This document shows positions 48,619-58,542 of a stretch of 64,000 bases of DNA, one piece after another. The position numbers and the translations under genes are program-made. Positions within the stretch are counted from its first letter, which is position 1. Each line of letters begins with the position of its first letter. The stretch lies in contig CAUJCN010000002.1 of NCBI GenBank assembly GCA_963169855.1, forward strand, positions 452,885-516,884, read 5' to 3'. The notes below the pieces were generated by a model. The model ran no database searches. It saw nothing but the letters and a program-made list of their open reading frames with translations, and was not told the DNA's origin. The DNA is from Patescibacteria group bacterium. Lineage in GTDB: Bacteria; Patescibacteriota; Dojkabacteria; J137.

Positions 48619-49548
48619 ATGTTTAACAAAGCAACAAATATAATAAGTCTATTGTTAGTATTCGTATTTATTGCGTTGTTGATTATTACCCTTTCCAACA
48701 CAACAAAAACTAACGACGAATCCAACCCAATTTCGTTTTCTGTAGAAGATTCAGTTTCAACTTCTTTTGTTTTGAAAAATGAAAAACCACTTTACGTTTT
48801 TATCAAAAATAAAAATATCTATATAAATTACGATGATGAAAGTTTGATGCCAGTAAAACTAGAAGATAAAGAGTGGAGTAGAGTTTCGCTTTCTCCAGAC
48901 AAAAGCAATTTAGTCTTTTTAGGAAAAGAAACTGGAACAGTAAACGATATGTATCTTTACAATATTGAATCTAAACAATTCAACAAAATTACATTCTTTG
49001 AAAACGAACCTTCTGGAATCACATCATTCTTTTGGTTGAATGACAATTTAATAGCTTTTCACCAAGATCAGTGGCTTCATACTGTTAACGTAGACTCGAG
49101 AGAAATAATCAAAGTACAGTCAGGAGTTAGAGATTTAGTTGGAATTACTGAAGAAAGAATTTTCATGAACAACACTTCAAACAAAGCCGCAGTTTATGAT
49201 TTTGCGGGGAACGATTTTACAGATAATTTCTTCAGTTCCGAAATAAAATCTGTTACTCAAACAGAAGAAGGCTTATTTGTAATTCTTTCTGATGGAACTT
49301 TCAAAATTGAAAATAATTCAGCAAATAAACTTTTCAACAGATCAACAGGACAGATGTGTGGGGAAAAAATTATTGATACAAATGGAGTTTTCGAAATATT
49401 AACTAACGAGAAAGTTAATACTCCTAACTACTCTTCCGCTCTCTGTGTGGCTAACGAAGTTTATTATAACCAAGATTCCAAGTGGTATACTTTGGAAAAT
49501 GAGGAAATTGATAGTCTAGAAAATTCAGTGTTCTTCGATAAATTTTAA
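48619..49548 (+). CDS. Membrane-anchored beta-rich hypothetical protein (309 aa), possibly beta-propeller or TolB-like
   Basis: The N-terminal TM IISLLLVFVFIALLIITL is followed by repetitive beta-strand-like segments. Confidence 0.4.
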   Translation: MFNKATNIISLLLVFVFIALLIITLSNTTKTNDESNPISFSVEDSVSTSFVLKNEKPLYVFIKNKNIYINYDDESLMPVKLEDKEWSRVSLSPDKSNLVFLGKETGTVNDMYLYNIESKQFNKITFFENEPSGITSFFWLNDNLIAFHQDQWLHTVNVDSREIIKVQSGVRDLVGITEERIFMNNTSNKAAVYDFAGNDFTDNFFSSEIKSVTQTEEGLFVILSDGTFKIENNSANKLFNRSTGQMCGEKIIDTNGVFEILTNEKVNTPNYSSALCVANEVYYNQDSKWYTLENEEIDSLENSVFFDKF

Positions 49549-49565
49549 TTTTTTGAAATAATAAT

Positions 49566-49913
49566 ATGCTTCCATCAGAAGACGAATTAATTGCAAATGC
49601 TGAGAAACTACTTTCAGAAGAAGGAAAGCTGAAATCAGGAGAGCAGAGTACCGAAGAAGCATTTAGAGAATTCATTCTTCCAGCCTTAAAAAGTTCTAAA
49701 GACACATTGCACACTATTTATTACAAAGGGTTTGTAAAAGATAGACCGAGTTTTTTTGGAAAATTGAAAAGAATGATTCAAATGAAAATAGTAAATTCTG
49801 TGATTGCGACAATCGAAAAGCAGAGTCAGAAACAACAAAAATTCAACGAACTAACCTATAGAAGTATCGAAATTCTTGTAGAAGAGATCGAGAATTTAAA
49901 AAAGAGTAAATGA
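49566..49913 (+). CDS. Hypothetical protein (115 aa)
   Basis: Intact ORF overlapping the downstream HIT-like gene by 4 nt. Confidence 0.35.
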   Translation: MLPSEDELIANAEKLLSEEGKLKSGEQSTEEAFREFILPALKSSKDTLHTIYYKGFVKDRPSFFGKLKRMIQMKIVNSVIATIEKQSQKQQKFNELTYRSIEILVEEIENLKKSK

Positions 49914-50377
49914 TTTTCGAAGAATCAGAGTGGCCAAAACTTGATATTGCAATGTTGAATGACTGGCGATTAAGTGTGGCAAGTAATCAACATGTTTTAG
50001 GTTGGCTAATTATTTTTCCTCCACTGGATGAAGAAACTTCTATTGTTCACTTGAGCGATGAGCAAATCCTCGAGTTCAAACAAATTGGACTTATTGCAGA
50101 AGAACTTTTGAAAAAAACTTTCAACTCAGAATGGTTTAACTACTTACAGGAAGGAAATGGTGTAAGAAGATTACATATTCATTTAGAACCAAGATATTCT
50201 TCTACAAGAGAATTTGCAGGAAGAACTTTTACCGACGAGGGATGGGGAAGAAAAGTAAAATTTTTGAAAGAAGATTTACCTTCAAAAGAAGTTGTTCTGG
50301 AAATTGTAAAAGTTTTGAGAAAGAATCTCTTAGAAATGAATATCGAGAAATTTAAAGTTGAAATTGCTACCACATAA
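49910..50377 (+). CDS. HIT-family (histidine triad) hydrolase-like protein
   Basis: The histidine-triad-like motif RLHIHLEPR (compare H-phi-H-phi-H-phi-phi) sits near the C-terminal third, as in HIT proteins. Confidence 0.45.
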   Translation: MIFEESEWPKLDIAMLNDWRLSVASNQHVLGWLIIFPPLDEETSIVHLSDEQILEFKQIGLIAEELLKKTFNSEWFNYLQEGNGVRRLHIHLEPRYSSTREFAGRTFTDEGWGRKVKFLKEDLPSKEVVLEIVKVLRKNLLEMNIEKFKVEIATT

Positions 50378-50427
50378 TCTCCGCATGTCATATTGAGCTT
50401 GTCGAAATATAATGCGGATCCTGTTAA

Positions 50428-51573
50428 TTAATTCTTCTTGTACAATTTGAACTTCCTGGAATCCCCAACAATAATTATTTCGGAAAGAAAGTACGGTAAT
50501 TTATCAAAGAAGTGTGGATCCAAAGCAGAAATTACTGCACTCCATTCAATCACTACTATATTATTTGGAACGAAATACTCTTTAAGTCTCAATCTCTCCA
50601 AATCTTCTTTTTCTTTAATTCGCCACGCATCTATATGAATCAACTTTCCTCCGTTGTTTAGTGGATATTCATTTATGTAATTATATGTAGGTGATTTAAC
50701 AACTCGTTCAATACCAAACTGCTGAGCAATTCCTTTTGTGACATGTGTTTTTCCGGCACCCATCTGACCGTCTAAAAGAACAACCTTTGGATTATTTTGT
50801 TGAGCTAAGAGCTCTCCAACTGCCTTTCCAATCTCAATTGTTTCATCTACATTCTGAGACCCAAGATCTTGAATATGCGTTAATTCTGTTGGATTGATTC
50901 TTCCAGAACGATGAACGACCAAATCTTCCGACGAAAAGTCTAAAACAGTTGATGGAGGATTATGAGGTAATTCGTAACCTGGGTCTATTATTGCGTCTAT
51001 TAAGTTAAGTTTAGACTCAGGTAATTTCGCTAAGATGCTTTCTACTGAATAGGGCATAAAACTTCCATCCGAAGCTATAGTTGTCGTAAGTGGATTACCT
51101 AAGAATTGGATAAGTTCTAGAACTTCGGAAAAATTTGGGATTCTGATAGCCAAAGTTCCATTTTCAGCAGGCAATCTTGCATCAGTTTTGCCAAGTGATT
51201 TACCTACAATCGTTACTGCGCCAGGTGTAAAGTTCTTAATTGCAGTTGAAATTTGAGAAGTTACATCTATAAATTCACCTGCCATTTCTAATCCAGAAAC
51301 TGCTACTGGAATAGATCTTCCTAAGATTCTATCTTTAAAATTCAAAAGTTTTGTTACAGCTTCTTGATTATCTGAATAGCAACCCAGGGCAAAACAAGTA
51401 TCGGTAGGGTAGGCGATTAACCCACCATTATCCAAAACCTGCTTAATTTGAATTTTCCAATCGCTTGTTCCATTAAGTTTAATCACTTCCATTCTTGAAT
51501 ATATATGTTTTTCTGTATAAAATATGATCAGTATTATATTTTCATGTTGAGAAATTACAAAATACTTGCACAA
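50428..51573 (-). CDS. Fusion of t6A-biosynthesis proteins. The N-terminal YrdC/Sua5 (TsaC) domain is joined to the C-terminal P-loop ATPase TsaE (YjeE).
   Basis: YrdC region WKIQIKQVLDNGGLIAYPTDTCFALGCY. TsaE region VVLLDGQMGAGKTHVTKGIAQQFGI...SPTYNYINEY...IHIDAWR (compare LxGDLGAGKTT...SPTFTL). The probable true start is MEVIKL at 51492. Confidence 0.6.
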   Translation of the reverse strand: MCKYFVISQHENIILIIFYTEKHIYSRMEVIKLNGTSDWKIQIKQVLDNGGLIAYPTDTCFALGCYSDNQEAVTKLLNFKDRILGRSIPVAVSGLEMAGEFIDVTSQISTAIKNFTPGAVTIVGKSLGKTDARLPAENGTLAIRIPNFSEVLELIQFLGNPLTTTIASDGSFMPYSVESILAKLPESKLNLIDAIIDPGYELPHNPPSTVLDFSSEDLVVHRSGRINPTELTHIQDLGSQNVDETIEIGKAVGELLAQQNNPKVVLLDGQMGAGKTHVTKGIAQQFGIERVVKSPTYNYINEYPLNNGGKLIHIDAWRIKEKEDLERLRLKEYFVPNNIVVIEWSAVISALDPHFFDKLPYFLSEIIIVGDSRKFKLYKKN

Positions 51574-52803
51574 ATTTTACTATTTTTAGCTCTTTTTAGC
51601 ACGGCCGTTGGACCAATTCCTGTATTGGCCGAAGGAGAACAAGAAAGATACGACGAACTTCAGGAGCAAATCGCTGAATTACAAAGACAGCGAGGAGATA
51701 TTCAAAACTTACTAAATTCTAATCAATACACAATTTCTGGTTACAATTCTCAAATTGCTCAATTATTTGGAGAAGCTCAAGTGTATCAAAATCAAATAGA
51801 TGAGTTAAATCTTCAAATTGAACAACTTCAAATTAGAATTCAGAAGCTTGAAAAAGAAATTGCTGAACTTAAAATAGATATAGAAAAGCGAGAAACAGAA
51901 ATTACAGGATTAGAAAAAGAGAGTAATAAGAGAATCAAAACAAGTTACATGAATTACCGAACTTACGGAATTAATTTCGAAGTTGGAAACAATATTTTAT
52001 TCAATGATAGTGTAAATTCCTATTTCAAGAACTCACAATACAAAGAACTTATCCAGAATGATACAAACGATCTTTTAGTAAATCTATTCAATTTGAAGGT
52101 TGAACTTGAAGCTAAGAAAGAAGATTTAGCTACTAAACTTTTAGAAACTCAAAATGATAAAGAAGAAGTTGATATTAAAGTAGCTGATGCTAACGAAAAG
52201 AAAGGAGAACTTGATGTTAAGCTAAACAAGTATTACTACGAGGTTAATCAACTAAATAGTCAGAACGCAAATTATCAAAACTCAATCAATGCTTTAAGTG
52301 ATCAAGAAATGAAAATTCATGCAGAAGCTGTTCTTGTTATGCAAGAAATCATGAGAACTTCTGTTACAACTGGACAATACGTTCTTGCCGGAACTATTAT
52401 CGGAATTCAAGGTTGTACAGGATACTGTTTTGGAGAACACTTACACTTTTCGGTTTATGTTAACGGAAACTCTGTAAATCCATGTTCAATGTTGGAGGGT
52501 GGAGTAGGGTGTGGAAGTGGAGGACCTTTGAAAGCACCTTTAAGAGGAAATGTTTCTTTCAATAGTGGCTACGGAACAAGATGTTTTAACGGAGAATGTG
52601 TTCTACACGACGGAATTGACATTACAGGTTTCCCACTTGGAGGTACATTTGTTTATGCCGCTAATGATGGATACATCCAGAGAGGTCAAGACTGTTGGCA
52701 CTATAATATGGGTTATCAAACAAATGGTTGCGCCAACTATGTAAAAGTATCTAACCCAGACACTGGCGTTACTACTGGATATTGGCACTTGAATTCCTTC
52801 TAA
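51505..52803 (+). CDS. Secreted coiled-coil M23 (LytM-domain) peptidase, EnvC-like
   Basis: A signal peptide is followed by about 250 aa of heptad-rich coiled coil. The C-terminal M23 motifs GIQGCTGYCFGEHLHFSVYVNGNSVNP and HDGIDI are present. The probable true start is M14 (51544). Confidence 0.75.
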   Translation: MFFCIKYDQYYIFMLRNYKILAQILLFLALFSTAVGPIPVLAEGEQERYDELQEQIAELQRQRGDIQNLLNSNQYTISGYNSQIAQLFGEAQVYQNQIDELNLQIEQLQIRIQKLEKEIAELKIDIEKRETEITGLEKESNKRIKTSYMNYRTYGINFEVGNNILFNDSVNSYFKNSQYKELIQNDTNDLLVNLFNLKVELEAKKEDLATKLLETQNDKEEVDIKVADANEKKGELDVKLNKYYYEVNQLNSQNANYQNSINALSDQEMKIHAEAVLVMQEIMRTSVTTGQYVLAGTIIGIQGCTGYCFGEHLHFSVYVNGNSVNPCSMLEGGVGCGSGGPLKAPLRGNVSFNSGYGTRCFNGECVLHDGIDITGFPLGGTFVYAANDGYIQRGQDCWHYNMGYQTNGCANYVKVSNPDTGVTTGYWHLNSF

Positions 52804-52910
52804 AATCACGCAAAGAATTTATCTATTGATGTTTATTCAACTTTGTATAATAATGTAGAAAGGTAAAAGATTTTTTCACTTGTAAATAATAAAAATCTTT
52901 AATATCAATA

Positions 52911-53912
52911 ATGTTTAAAAGAGTAGTCTGCACAACAATTTTAGCTGTTTTCACTGGAGGCTTCATGATGCCTTTTAATCTTGTTTCCGCAGCAGATGTT
53001 TCCGTTACAGTAACCCCAACAAGCATGACATTAGGTGCCACTGGTGTTGGAATGACATTAACTTTTACTCCACCAGTTCCTTTAACTACGAATACAACGA
53101 TCGATGTTGTGTATGATGACGAAGCTTTCGAAGCAGTTTTAACAGATAGTGATATTACAGTAACTGGTACTAATATTATTGGAAGCGCCGAAAGTAACTT
53201 TATGGATGGACGATTCAGATCAACATTAACTGTAGCAGGAGCAACTGCAGGTGTTGTAACAATCACTATTGATAATAATCCGGGGTTCACTAACCCTTCT
53301 GTAGCTGGAAATTTTGCAGTTGGAGTAATCATTGATAATGGTGGATTGGGAATAACTCAAGATTTTGGTGCATCGCTGCTATATTACGGGAATGCTAACC
53401 AAGTTGGCGTTACTGGATCGGTAGTTAGCGCAGTAATTCCAACATGCACTCTCAGAGTAAATATTAAGCCCGAGAAGAGAATCCCTAGAATTGGAAATTG
53501 GGATACTATCCTGACTGTCGAAGTTGCGACTACCTCAAATATCACATTAAGAACTTTCAGCTTCCCTACAAATACTCAAGGGGAGGGTAATTATGATTTG
53601 TGCGGGAATGGAATATACTTCCCCCCAGGAAATTACAATTTCAAAATTAGAGGTTACTCACATTTAAGAAAGGTATTTGAAAACATTCTTGCATTCAACA
53701 CAACTTCAGAATTCTCCATTACTTTCTTGGAAGAAATGCTTGCAGGAGAGACCAGTATTGTCTATGATAATTACATAAACATGATGGACTTTGTAACTCA
53801 GATTCAGGAACTTTATACTGCTGATTACAAAAATGATCTTAATCAAGATGGTTTAGTAAATTCTTTGGATTTTGCTAATACAATAACTAACTTCTACCTC
53901 AATGGAGAATAG
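52911..53912 (+). CDS. Secreted Thr/Val-rich beta protein with a C-terminal dockerin-like Ca-binding repeat
   Basis: Signal peptide ILAVFTGGFMMPFNLVSA. The C-terminus DYKNDLNQDGLVNSLDFANTITNFYL matches the dockerin loop pattern D.N.DG.VN..D...L..Y. Confidence 0.5.
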   Translation: MFKRVVCTTILAVFTGGFMMPFNLVSAADVSVTVTPTSMTLGATGVGMTLTFTPPVPLTTNTTIDVVYDDEAFEAVLTDSDITVTGTNIIGSAESNFMDGRFRSTLTVAGATAGVVTITIDNNPGFTNPSVAGNFAVGVIIDNGGLGITQDFGASLLYYGNANQVGVTGSVVSAVIPTCTLRVNIKPEKRIPRIGNWDTILTVEVATTSNITLRTFSFPTNTQGEGNYDLCGNGIYFPPGNYNFKIRGYSHLRKVFENILAFNTTSEFSITFLEEMLAGETSIVYDNYINMMDFVTQIQELYTADYKNDLNQDGLVNSLDFANTITNFYLNGE

Positions 53913-53940
53913 AAGTAACTATAACTGTTAATTTGGAACA

Positions 53941-55896
53941 ATGCTAAACAAATTTTTGAGATTTTCTGTAATATCAATATTCTTTTTTGTAGGGATTGTT
54001 TCTGCACAAACAGTAAAAGCTGCATCTTTTGAATTTGTACCTCCTACAAACACATACCCTCTTGGATGTCGACAGATTGTGAACATCTTTGCTGATGCAA
54101 CAGGACAAAGTTCGAATGGAGCAGACTTAGAAGTTATGTTTGATCCTAGTCAAGTTGAAATCTTGGACTTGGATCCTAATATCCCTGGAATACAGATTAG
54201 AAGCGGAACAGCTTACGAAACGTATGTTTTTAACGAAGTAGACCCTAACATCGGAAGAATTAGAATGGCGGCGGGATCTTTTGAGAATCCTTTAACGTCA
54301 CGAGAATTGTTTGCGACAGTAGACTTTGCAGGAAGACCTGGGGCTACAGTAGGAAATTTTACAATTAGGGTTAATGGATTCGGTCCAGAGGTTTCCTTAG
54401 ATTCAAATATTGCTGATTCAAATACAAATCTAGACTTACTTACATCAACTGTTGATGGTAGTTACACTTTCGAGACTAGTGAGTGCGAAGATGATCTGAT
54501 TCCTCCAACAAACACATTCATAAATCCAATTGCATATACTGTTAACAACAACTATTTAGATGGAGTTGAAGTTACCGTTAGCGACTTTGGAGTTGGAGTA
54601 GATTTAAGTACAGTTGTGATTATTATTAACGGAGTAGAGTATAGATTCGATTCTCCTGGAGTAACTTATACTGGAGATCCTGCGAGCTATACATTCTTTA
54701 TTACTTTAAGTGAACCTTACCCTATTGATGAGCCTGTAACTGGAGTTATTAGATCCACAGACTTGGCTGGAAATACTTCAACTACACAAATCGTGTTTAA
54801 TATTCCCCCAGGAGCACCTGTTTGTCCTGTTTCCCAACCAATCGTAAACATTAACAATTCCACTAACCTTTGTGAATTTGGGGAGCAGAACTTTGTAAAC
54901 AATTTTTTTGGAGAAGGATCTTTTATCGATCAAATTTTTACTAACGCTGGAACAACAGGAATTGCCGCTGCACTACTTGGAATACTCTCGTTATTGTGGT
55001 TATTACCTTTAATTAACGCTCCTTTACTGTTACTGAATCTATTGAGTGCTTTCTTAGGGAGAAGAACTCGAAGACCATGGGGACTTGTGCTTGACGGAAT
55101 GTCTAGAAAACCAATTTCTTTGGCAACTTGTAGACTATACAAATCTGGAACATTATTCATGGTTTCCCAAACCGTGAGCGACATGGAAGGTAGATATGGA
55201 TTCTCTGTCTCGGATGGAGATTATAGGCTTGAAATTACTAAGGATGGATATCAGAAACATTCTCAAGAGATCCAAATTACGAAAGAAGAGAAAGGGTATA
55301 TCACAGACGTTTTAATGGTTCCTGCTACATTGACAGAAAATAGCAAGAATTCTGAAGGAGGCATCGGATTATTCTTTAAGAGACTTGGTGTTTTCTACAA
55401 GAGAGTTTCACCATTCCTAATGTTTGCTGGATTCATTCTTTCGATTGTAACAATGTTCTTGTTTAGAAATGCATTTAATACGATTATTTTCCTATTATAC
55501 GTATTCAATTACATACTACTTTTGATTGCTAGACTAAGAAGACCCTACAAATCTTCTGCAGTTATTGATTCAAAGACCAAGTTAAGAATTCCATACGCAA
55601 TTATTAAGATCTTTGAAATTTCTACAATGAAGTTAGTAGATACAATGGTTTCTAATGAAAACGGAGAATTCGAATACTTTGGAGAGCCTGGACAATACGG
55701 TATCTTGATAGCAGTTAGAGGATACAACTTCCCATCTGAAGCTCAGACAGATCTTTCTAAAATGGATGGAATTTACAGTGGAATCCTGAAAGTAAATTTG
55801 AACAGAGGAAATAACAAGCTACAGATTTTTGTTGATCCAGTTAGTGATTCTTCTAGTTACCTAGAACAAGGTAATCTAAAGACCCCATTCGGTTGA
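53941..55896 (+). CDS. Membrane-anchored protein (651 aa) with an N-terminal cohesin-like domain, 3-4 central TM helices and two carboxypeptidase-regulatory-like (transthyretin-fold) domains
   Basis: The signal peptide is followed by FEFVPPTNTYPLGCRQIVNIFADATGQSSNGADLEVMFDPSQVEIL...ELFATVDFAGRPGATVGNFTIRVNGF, which resembles the cohesin strand pattern. The TM block is IAAALLGILSLLWLLPLINAPLLLLNLL. The repeated domains resemble CarboxypepD_reg (...RLYKSGTLFMVSQTVSDMEGRYGFSVSDGDYRLEITKDGYQ...). Confidence 0.4.
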   Translation: MLNKFLRFSVISIFFFVGIVSAQTVKAASFEFVPPTNTYPLGCRQIVNIFADATGQSSNGADLEVMFDPSQVEILDLDPNIPGIQIRSGTAYETYVFNEVDPNIGRIRMAAGSFENPLTSRELFATVDFAGRPGATVGNFTIRVNGFGPEVSLDSNIADSNTNLDLLTSTVDGSYTFETSECEDDLIPPTNTFINPIAYTVNNNYLDGVEVTVSDFGVGVDLSTVVIIINGVEYRFDSPGVTYTGDPASYTFFITLSEPYPIDEPVTGVIRSTDLAGNTSTTQIVFNIPPGAPVCPVSQPIVNINNSTNLCEFGEQNFVNNFFGEGSFIDQIFTNAGTTGIAAALLGILSLLWLLPLINAPLLLLNLLSAFLGRRTRRPWGLVLDGMSRKPISLATCRLYKSGTLFMVSQTVSDMEGRYGFSVSDGDYRLEITKDGYQKHSQEIQITKEEKGYITDVLMVPATLTENSKNSEGGIGLFFKRLGVFYKRVSPFLMFAGFILSIVTMFLFRNAFNTIIFLLYVFNYILLLIARLRRPYKSSAVIDSKTKLRIPYAIIKIFEISTMKLVDTMVSNENGEFEYFGEPGQYGILIAVRGYNFPSEAQTDLSKMDGIYSGILKVNLNRGNNKLQIFVDPVSDSSSYLEQGNLKTPFG

Positions 55897-55930
55897 AATT
55901 GATTGATAACTAACCACACATTTTAAAGTC

Positions 55931-55958
55931 ACTCCCGCCTAATGCGGGAGTCTCTTGA
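55931..55958 (+). terminator. GC-rich hairpin (ACTCCCGC-CTAAT-GCGGGAGT) downstream of the cohesin-like gene, a possible terminator lacking a clear U-tract
   Basis: A perfect 8-bp stem is seen. It is followed by CTCTTGAG rather than a T-run. Confidence 0.3.
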
Positions 55959-56044
55959 GAAAGAACAAAGCTGAATGATTTCTCACTTTGTCTCTTTAAA
56001 CTTTTATGATTTTCATGTATATTGTCCTTGGTTAGGACACAAAA

Positions 56045-56836
56045 ATGAAAGATGCGGAACCAGTAATTAAATTTTTATCTCAATTAGGACTAGATTTCTT
56101 TGAATCTAAGGTTTTTATGAACCTTTTAGAGAAAGGGCCTTTAACAGTATTAGCTTTGTCAAGAGAATCTGATGTTAGTAGAACTAACGTTTACAGAATT
56201 ATAGAGAGACTGAAGCAATGGGGACTAGCAGATGAAAGATCCGAAGGGACTAAAAAACTTATTTATGCTACATCCGTTCAGAAATTAGAATTGCTTGTTC
56301 AGGAGCAGGAAAACAAATCAATTATCTTAAGAAAGACTTTGCCAGAAATTAAAAGCCTTTACGAAGGAGTTGAGGAAGCACCTGAAGTCGTTGGAATACC
56401 AGGAACTTCTATACGATTATTGAAAAGCACAGAAGAATCTTTAGCCGAACTTAATCATATTTTGGAGAATAGCAAAGAAATCAAGGCAATTCTTCCGTTT
56501 GACTATGCAACATTATTCAACGAAGAAATTTCTAATACGTTACGTCGAACAATTCAGAAAGAAAAAATTGCCTACTATGAAATTTTATTGGAATCTTACA
56601 CTAAATACGCAAGCGTGGAGGATTTAGTCCTATTTAACTTGAGCAAGACTTTTAAATCTAGAATTTTCGAATACGACTTTGGTATCGATCACATCATTTT
56701 AATCATAGAAGATCGAGTTATAACGCTTTACAAGGCCGATGATACTACTTATGGATATGTAATCGAGAGTGAGGGCGCGGTCGTCTTTAACGAGAATATG
56801 TTCAAACTAGTCTGGGAAAGCTCAAAAGATATATAA
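56045..56836 (+). CDS. TrmB-family transcriptional regulator (second copy in this window)
   Basis: The N-terminal winged HTH ESKVFMNLLEKGPLTVLALSRESDVSRTNVYRIIERLKQWGL is followed by a C-terminal effector domain. The architecture parallels 15154-15933. Confidence 0.6.
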   Translation: MKDAEPVIKFLSQLGLDFFESKVFMNLLEKGPLTVLALSRESDVSRTNVYRIIERLKQWGLADERSEGTKKLIYATSVQKLELLVQEQENKSIILRKTLPEIKSLYEGVEEAPEVVGIPGTSIRLLKSTEESLAELNHILENSKEIKAILPFDYATLFNEEISNTLRRTIQKEKIAYYEILLESYTKYASVEDLVLFNLSKTFKSRIFEYDFGIDHIILIIEDRVITLYKADDTTYGYVIESEGAVVFNENMFKLVWESSKDI

Positions 56837-56988
56837 AAAGAAGTTAGAAGTCTGAAGATCAAAGTATAAAAAGTAGAATCTTTGACAACATAAGCTGTAT
56901 AATTTTTCGATTTTTGCACCTCAAGTTTCATCCCTGAATCTTCTTATCTTATTAGTCTTGTAGGTCATATTGTGGTAAAATCATCAAC

Positions 56989-58542
56989 GTGAATAAAGAA
57001 AAAAGCATCAGACAACCGATAATAGCAGTAATGGGTCATGTAGACCATGGTAAAACCACGTTTTTAGATTCTATTCGAGGAACTCGAGTTGCAGATAAAG
57101 AAGCAGGAGGAATTACTCAGAATACTAGAGCACACGAAGTTGTACGAAAGAGTGGATTCAGAATGACTTTCATTGACACTCCTGGACACGAAGCTTTCAG
57201 TAAAATGAGAGAACGTGGAGCAAATGTAACAGATTTTGTTCTGTTGATTGTTGCCGCTGATGATGGTGTTCAACCTCAAACTAAGCAATCTATTGAATTC
57301 GCTAAAAAAAGCAAAGTTCCTGTGATCGTTGCTATAAACAAAGTTGATATTTCTGGAATCAATACTCAGAAAATCAAAACAGAATTATCAAGTTTTGGGG
57401 TTGCGGTTGAAGAGTACGGAGGAGATACTATGTGCTTTGAAATTTCAGCAAAGAACAAAATGGGACTCGAAGAGTTGCTCGATGGAATTGAGTTATTATC
57501 AGAAATTAATGAACTAAAAAGTGCGGAAGTTAAATACGGAAGCAATGGAGAAGGATTTATTCTTGAATCGAACTTAGACAAAAGATTAGGAAATGTAGCT
57601 CTTTGTATTTTGAAAGCAGGAAATCTTCCTAAAAGTACTTTTGGTGTAACTAAACAAGGCGTATTTAAATCCCGTGCTTACTTAGACGAAGCTCAAAAAC
57701 CAATGGCAGAGGTTCACGAATCAGCACCTTTCTGGATTACAGGATTAAAGGAAACTGTTAATACTGGAGATACTATTTTCTTCTTCGAAGATGAAGCAAA
57801 AGCTAAGGATTTTCATCAACAAATCACTAAAGATGAAATTTCTGAGTACTCAGACGCTACAGAGATGGATGCCGAAAGTCTTTTCGCACAAATGCTTTTG
57901 AAGCAGCAAGAAGATATGGCAGGAATTTCCCAAAAAGAATTGAACGTTGTGGTCAAATCTTCTACTCATGGAACATTAGAAGCAATTATTGCTAAGCTTG
58001 AAACTTTAAGCACAGAAGAAGCTAAGGTAAATATTCTTTTCAGTGGTACTGGAAATGTTACAGAAGACGAAATTAGTAGAGCTAAACTAGCAAAAGCAAT
58101 TGTTGTGACATTCCAATTACCAACACCTAATAATATAGTGAGCATTGCTAGGCAGGAGAAAGTTCTTGTTCGAAATTACGAGGTTATATACGAAATGTTT
58201 GATGAAGTGCAAGAAGTATTGAATTCAATTGGAGAACCACAAGTGGAGGAAATTGAAGTAGCTAGGGCTAAGATTAAACAGCTATTCACGCTGACTAACG
58301 GTGATTTAGTTTTAGGTTCTGAAGTTATCAAAGGAACAATGCTTAGAGGTTACAGAATTTTTGTTGAAAGAGTAATTAAAGGTGAAAAATACGAGGTTGG
58401 TAGAGCTAAGATTTCTTCTCTAAGAGTTAGAAAAGATGAAGTGAAAGAAGTAAAGAAAGGATTAGAGTGCGGAATTATTCTTGATACAAAAATCGAAGGA
58501 ATCACAGAAAACGACGAAGTTGTTGCTTACAGAGTAGAGTAA
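56989..58542 (+). CDS. infB: Translation initiation factor IF-2, a short form lacking the N-terminal domains, with a GTG start
   Basis: The G-domain begins at residue 10: [20 protein letters not shown]...[36 protein letters not shown]...VAINKVD. The C-terminal beta-barrel domains are present. Length 517 aa. Confidence 0.85.
   Translation: MNKEKSIRQPIIAVMGHVDHGKTTFLDSIRGTRVADKEAGGITQNTRAHEVVRKSGFRMTFIDTPGHEAFSKMRERGANVTDFVLLIVAADDGVQPQTKQSIEFAKKSKVPVIVAINKVDISGINTQKIKTELSSFGVAVEEYGGDTMCFEISAKNKMGLEELLDGIELLSEINELKSAEVKYGSNGEGFILESNLDKRLGNVALCILKAGNLPKSTFGVTKQGVFKSRAYLDEAQKPMAEVHESAPFWITGLKETVNTGDTIFFFEDEAKAKDFHQQITKDEISEYSDATEMDAESLFAQMLLKQQEDMAGISQKELNVVVKSSTHGTLEAIIAKLETLSTEEAKVNILFSGTGNVTEDEISRAKLAKAIVVTFQLPTPNNIVSIARQEKVLVRNYEVIYEMFDEVQEVLNSIGEPQVEEIEVARAKIKQLFTLTNGDLVLGSEVIKGTMLRGYRIFVERVIKGEKYEVGRAKISSLRVRKDEVKEVKKGLECGIILDTKIEGITENDEVVAYRVE

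Noticed and set aside
50378-50427. A nested inverted repeat (TCCGCAT…ATGCGGA with inner ATATT…AATAT) between the HIT-like gene and the tsaC-tsaE gene
   Set aside because: It is a plausible bidirectional terminator or structured element, but it has a 27-nt loop and no U-run. It is too weak to call.
52804-52910. A 10-bp AT-only inverted repeat (AAAGATTTTT…AAAAATCTTT) upstream of the dockerin-protein gene
   Set aside because: It is composed solely of A/T in an AT-rich spacer and is likely to occur by chance.
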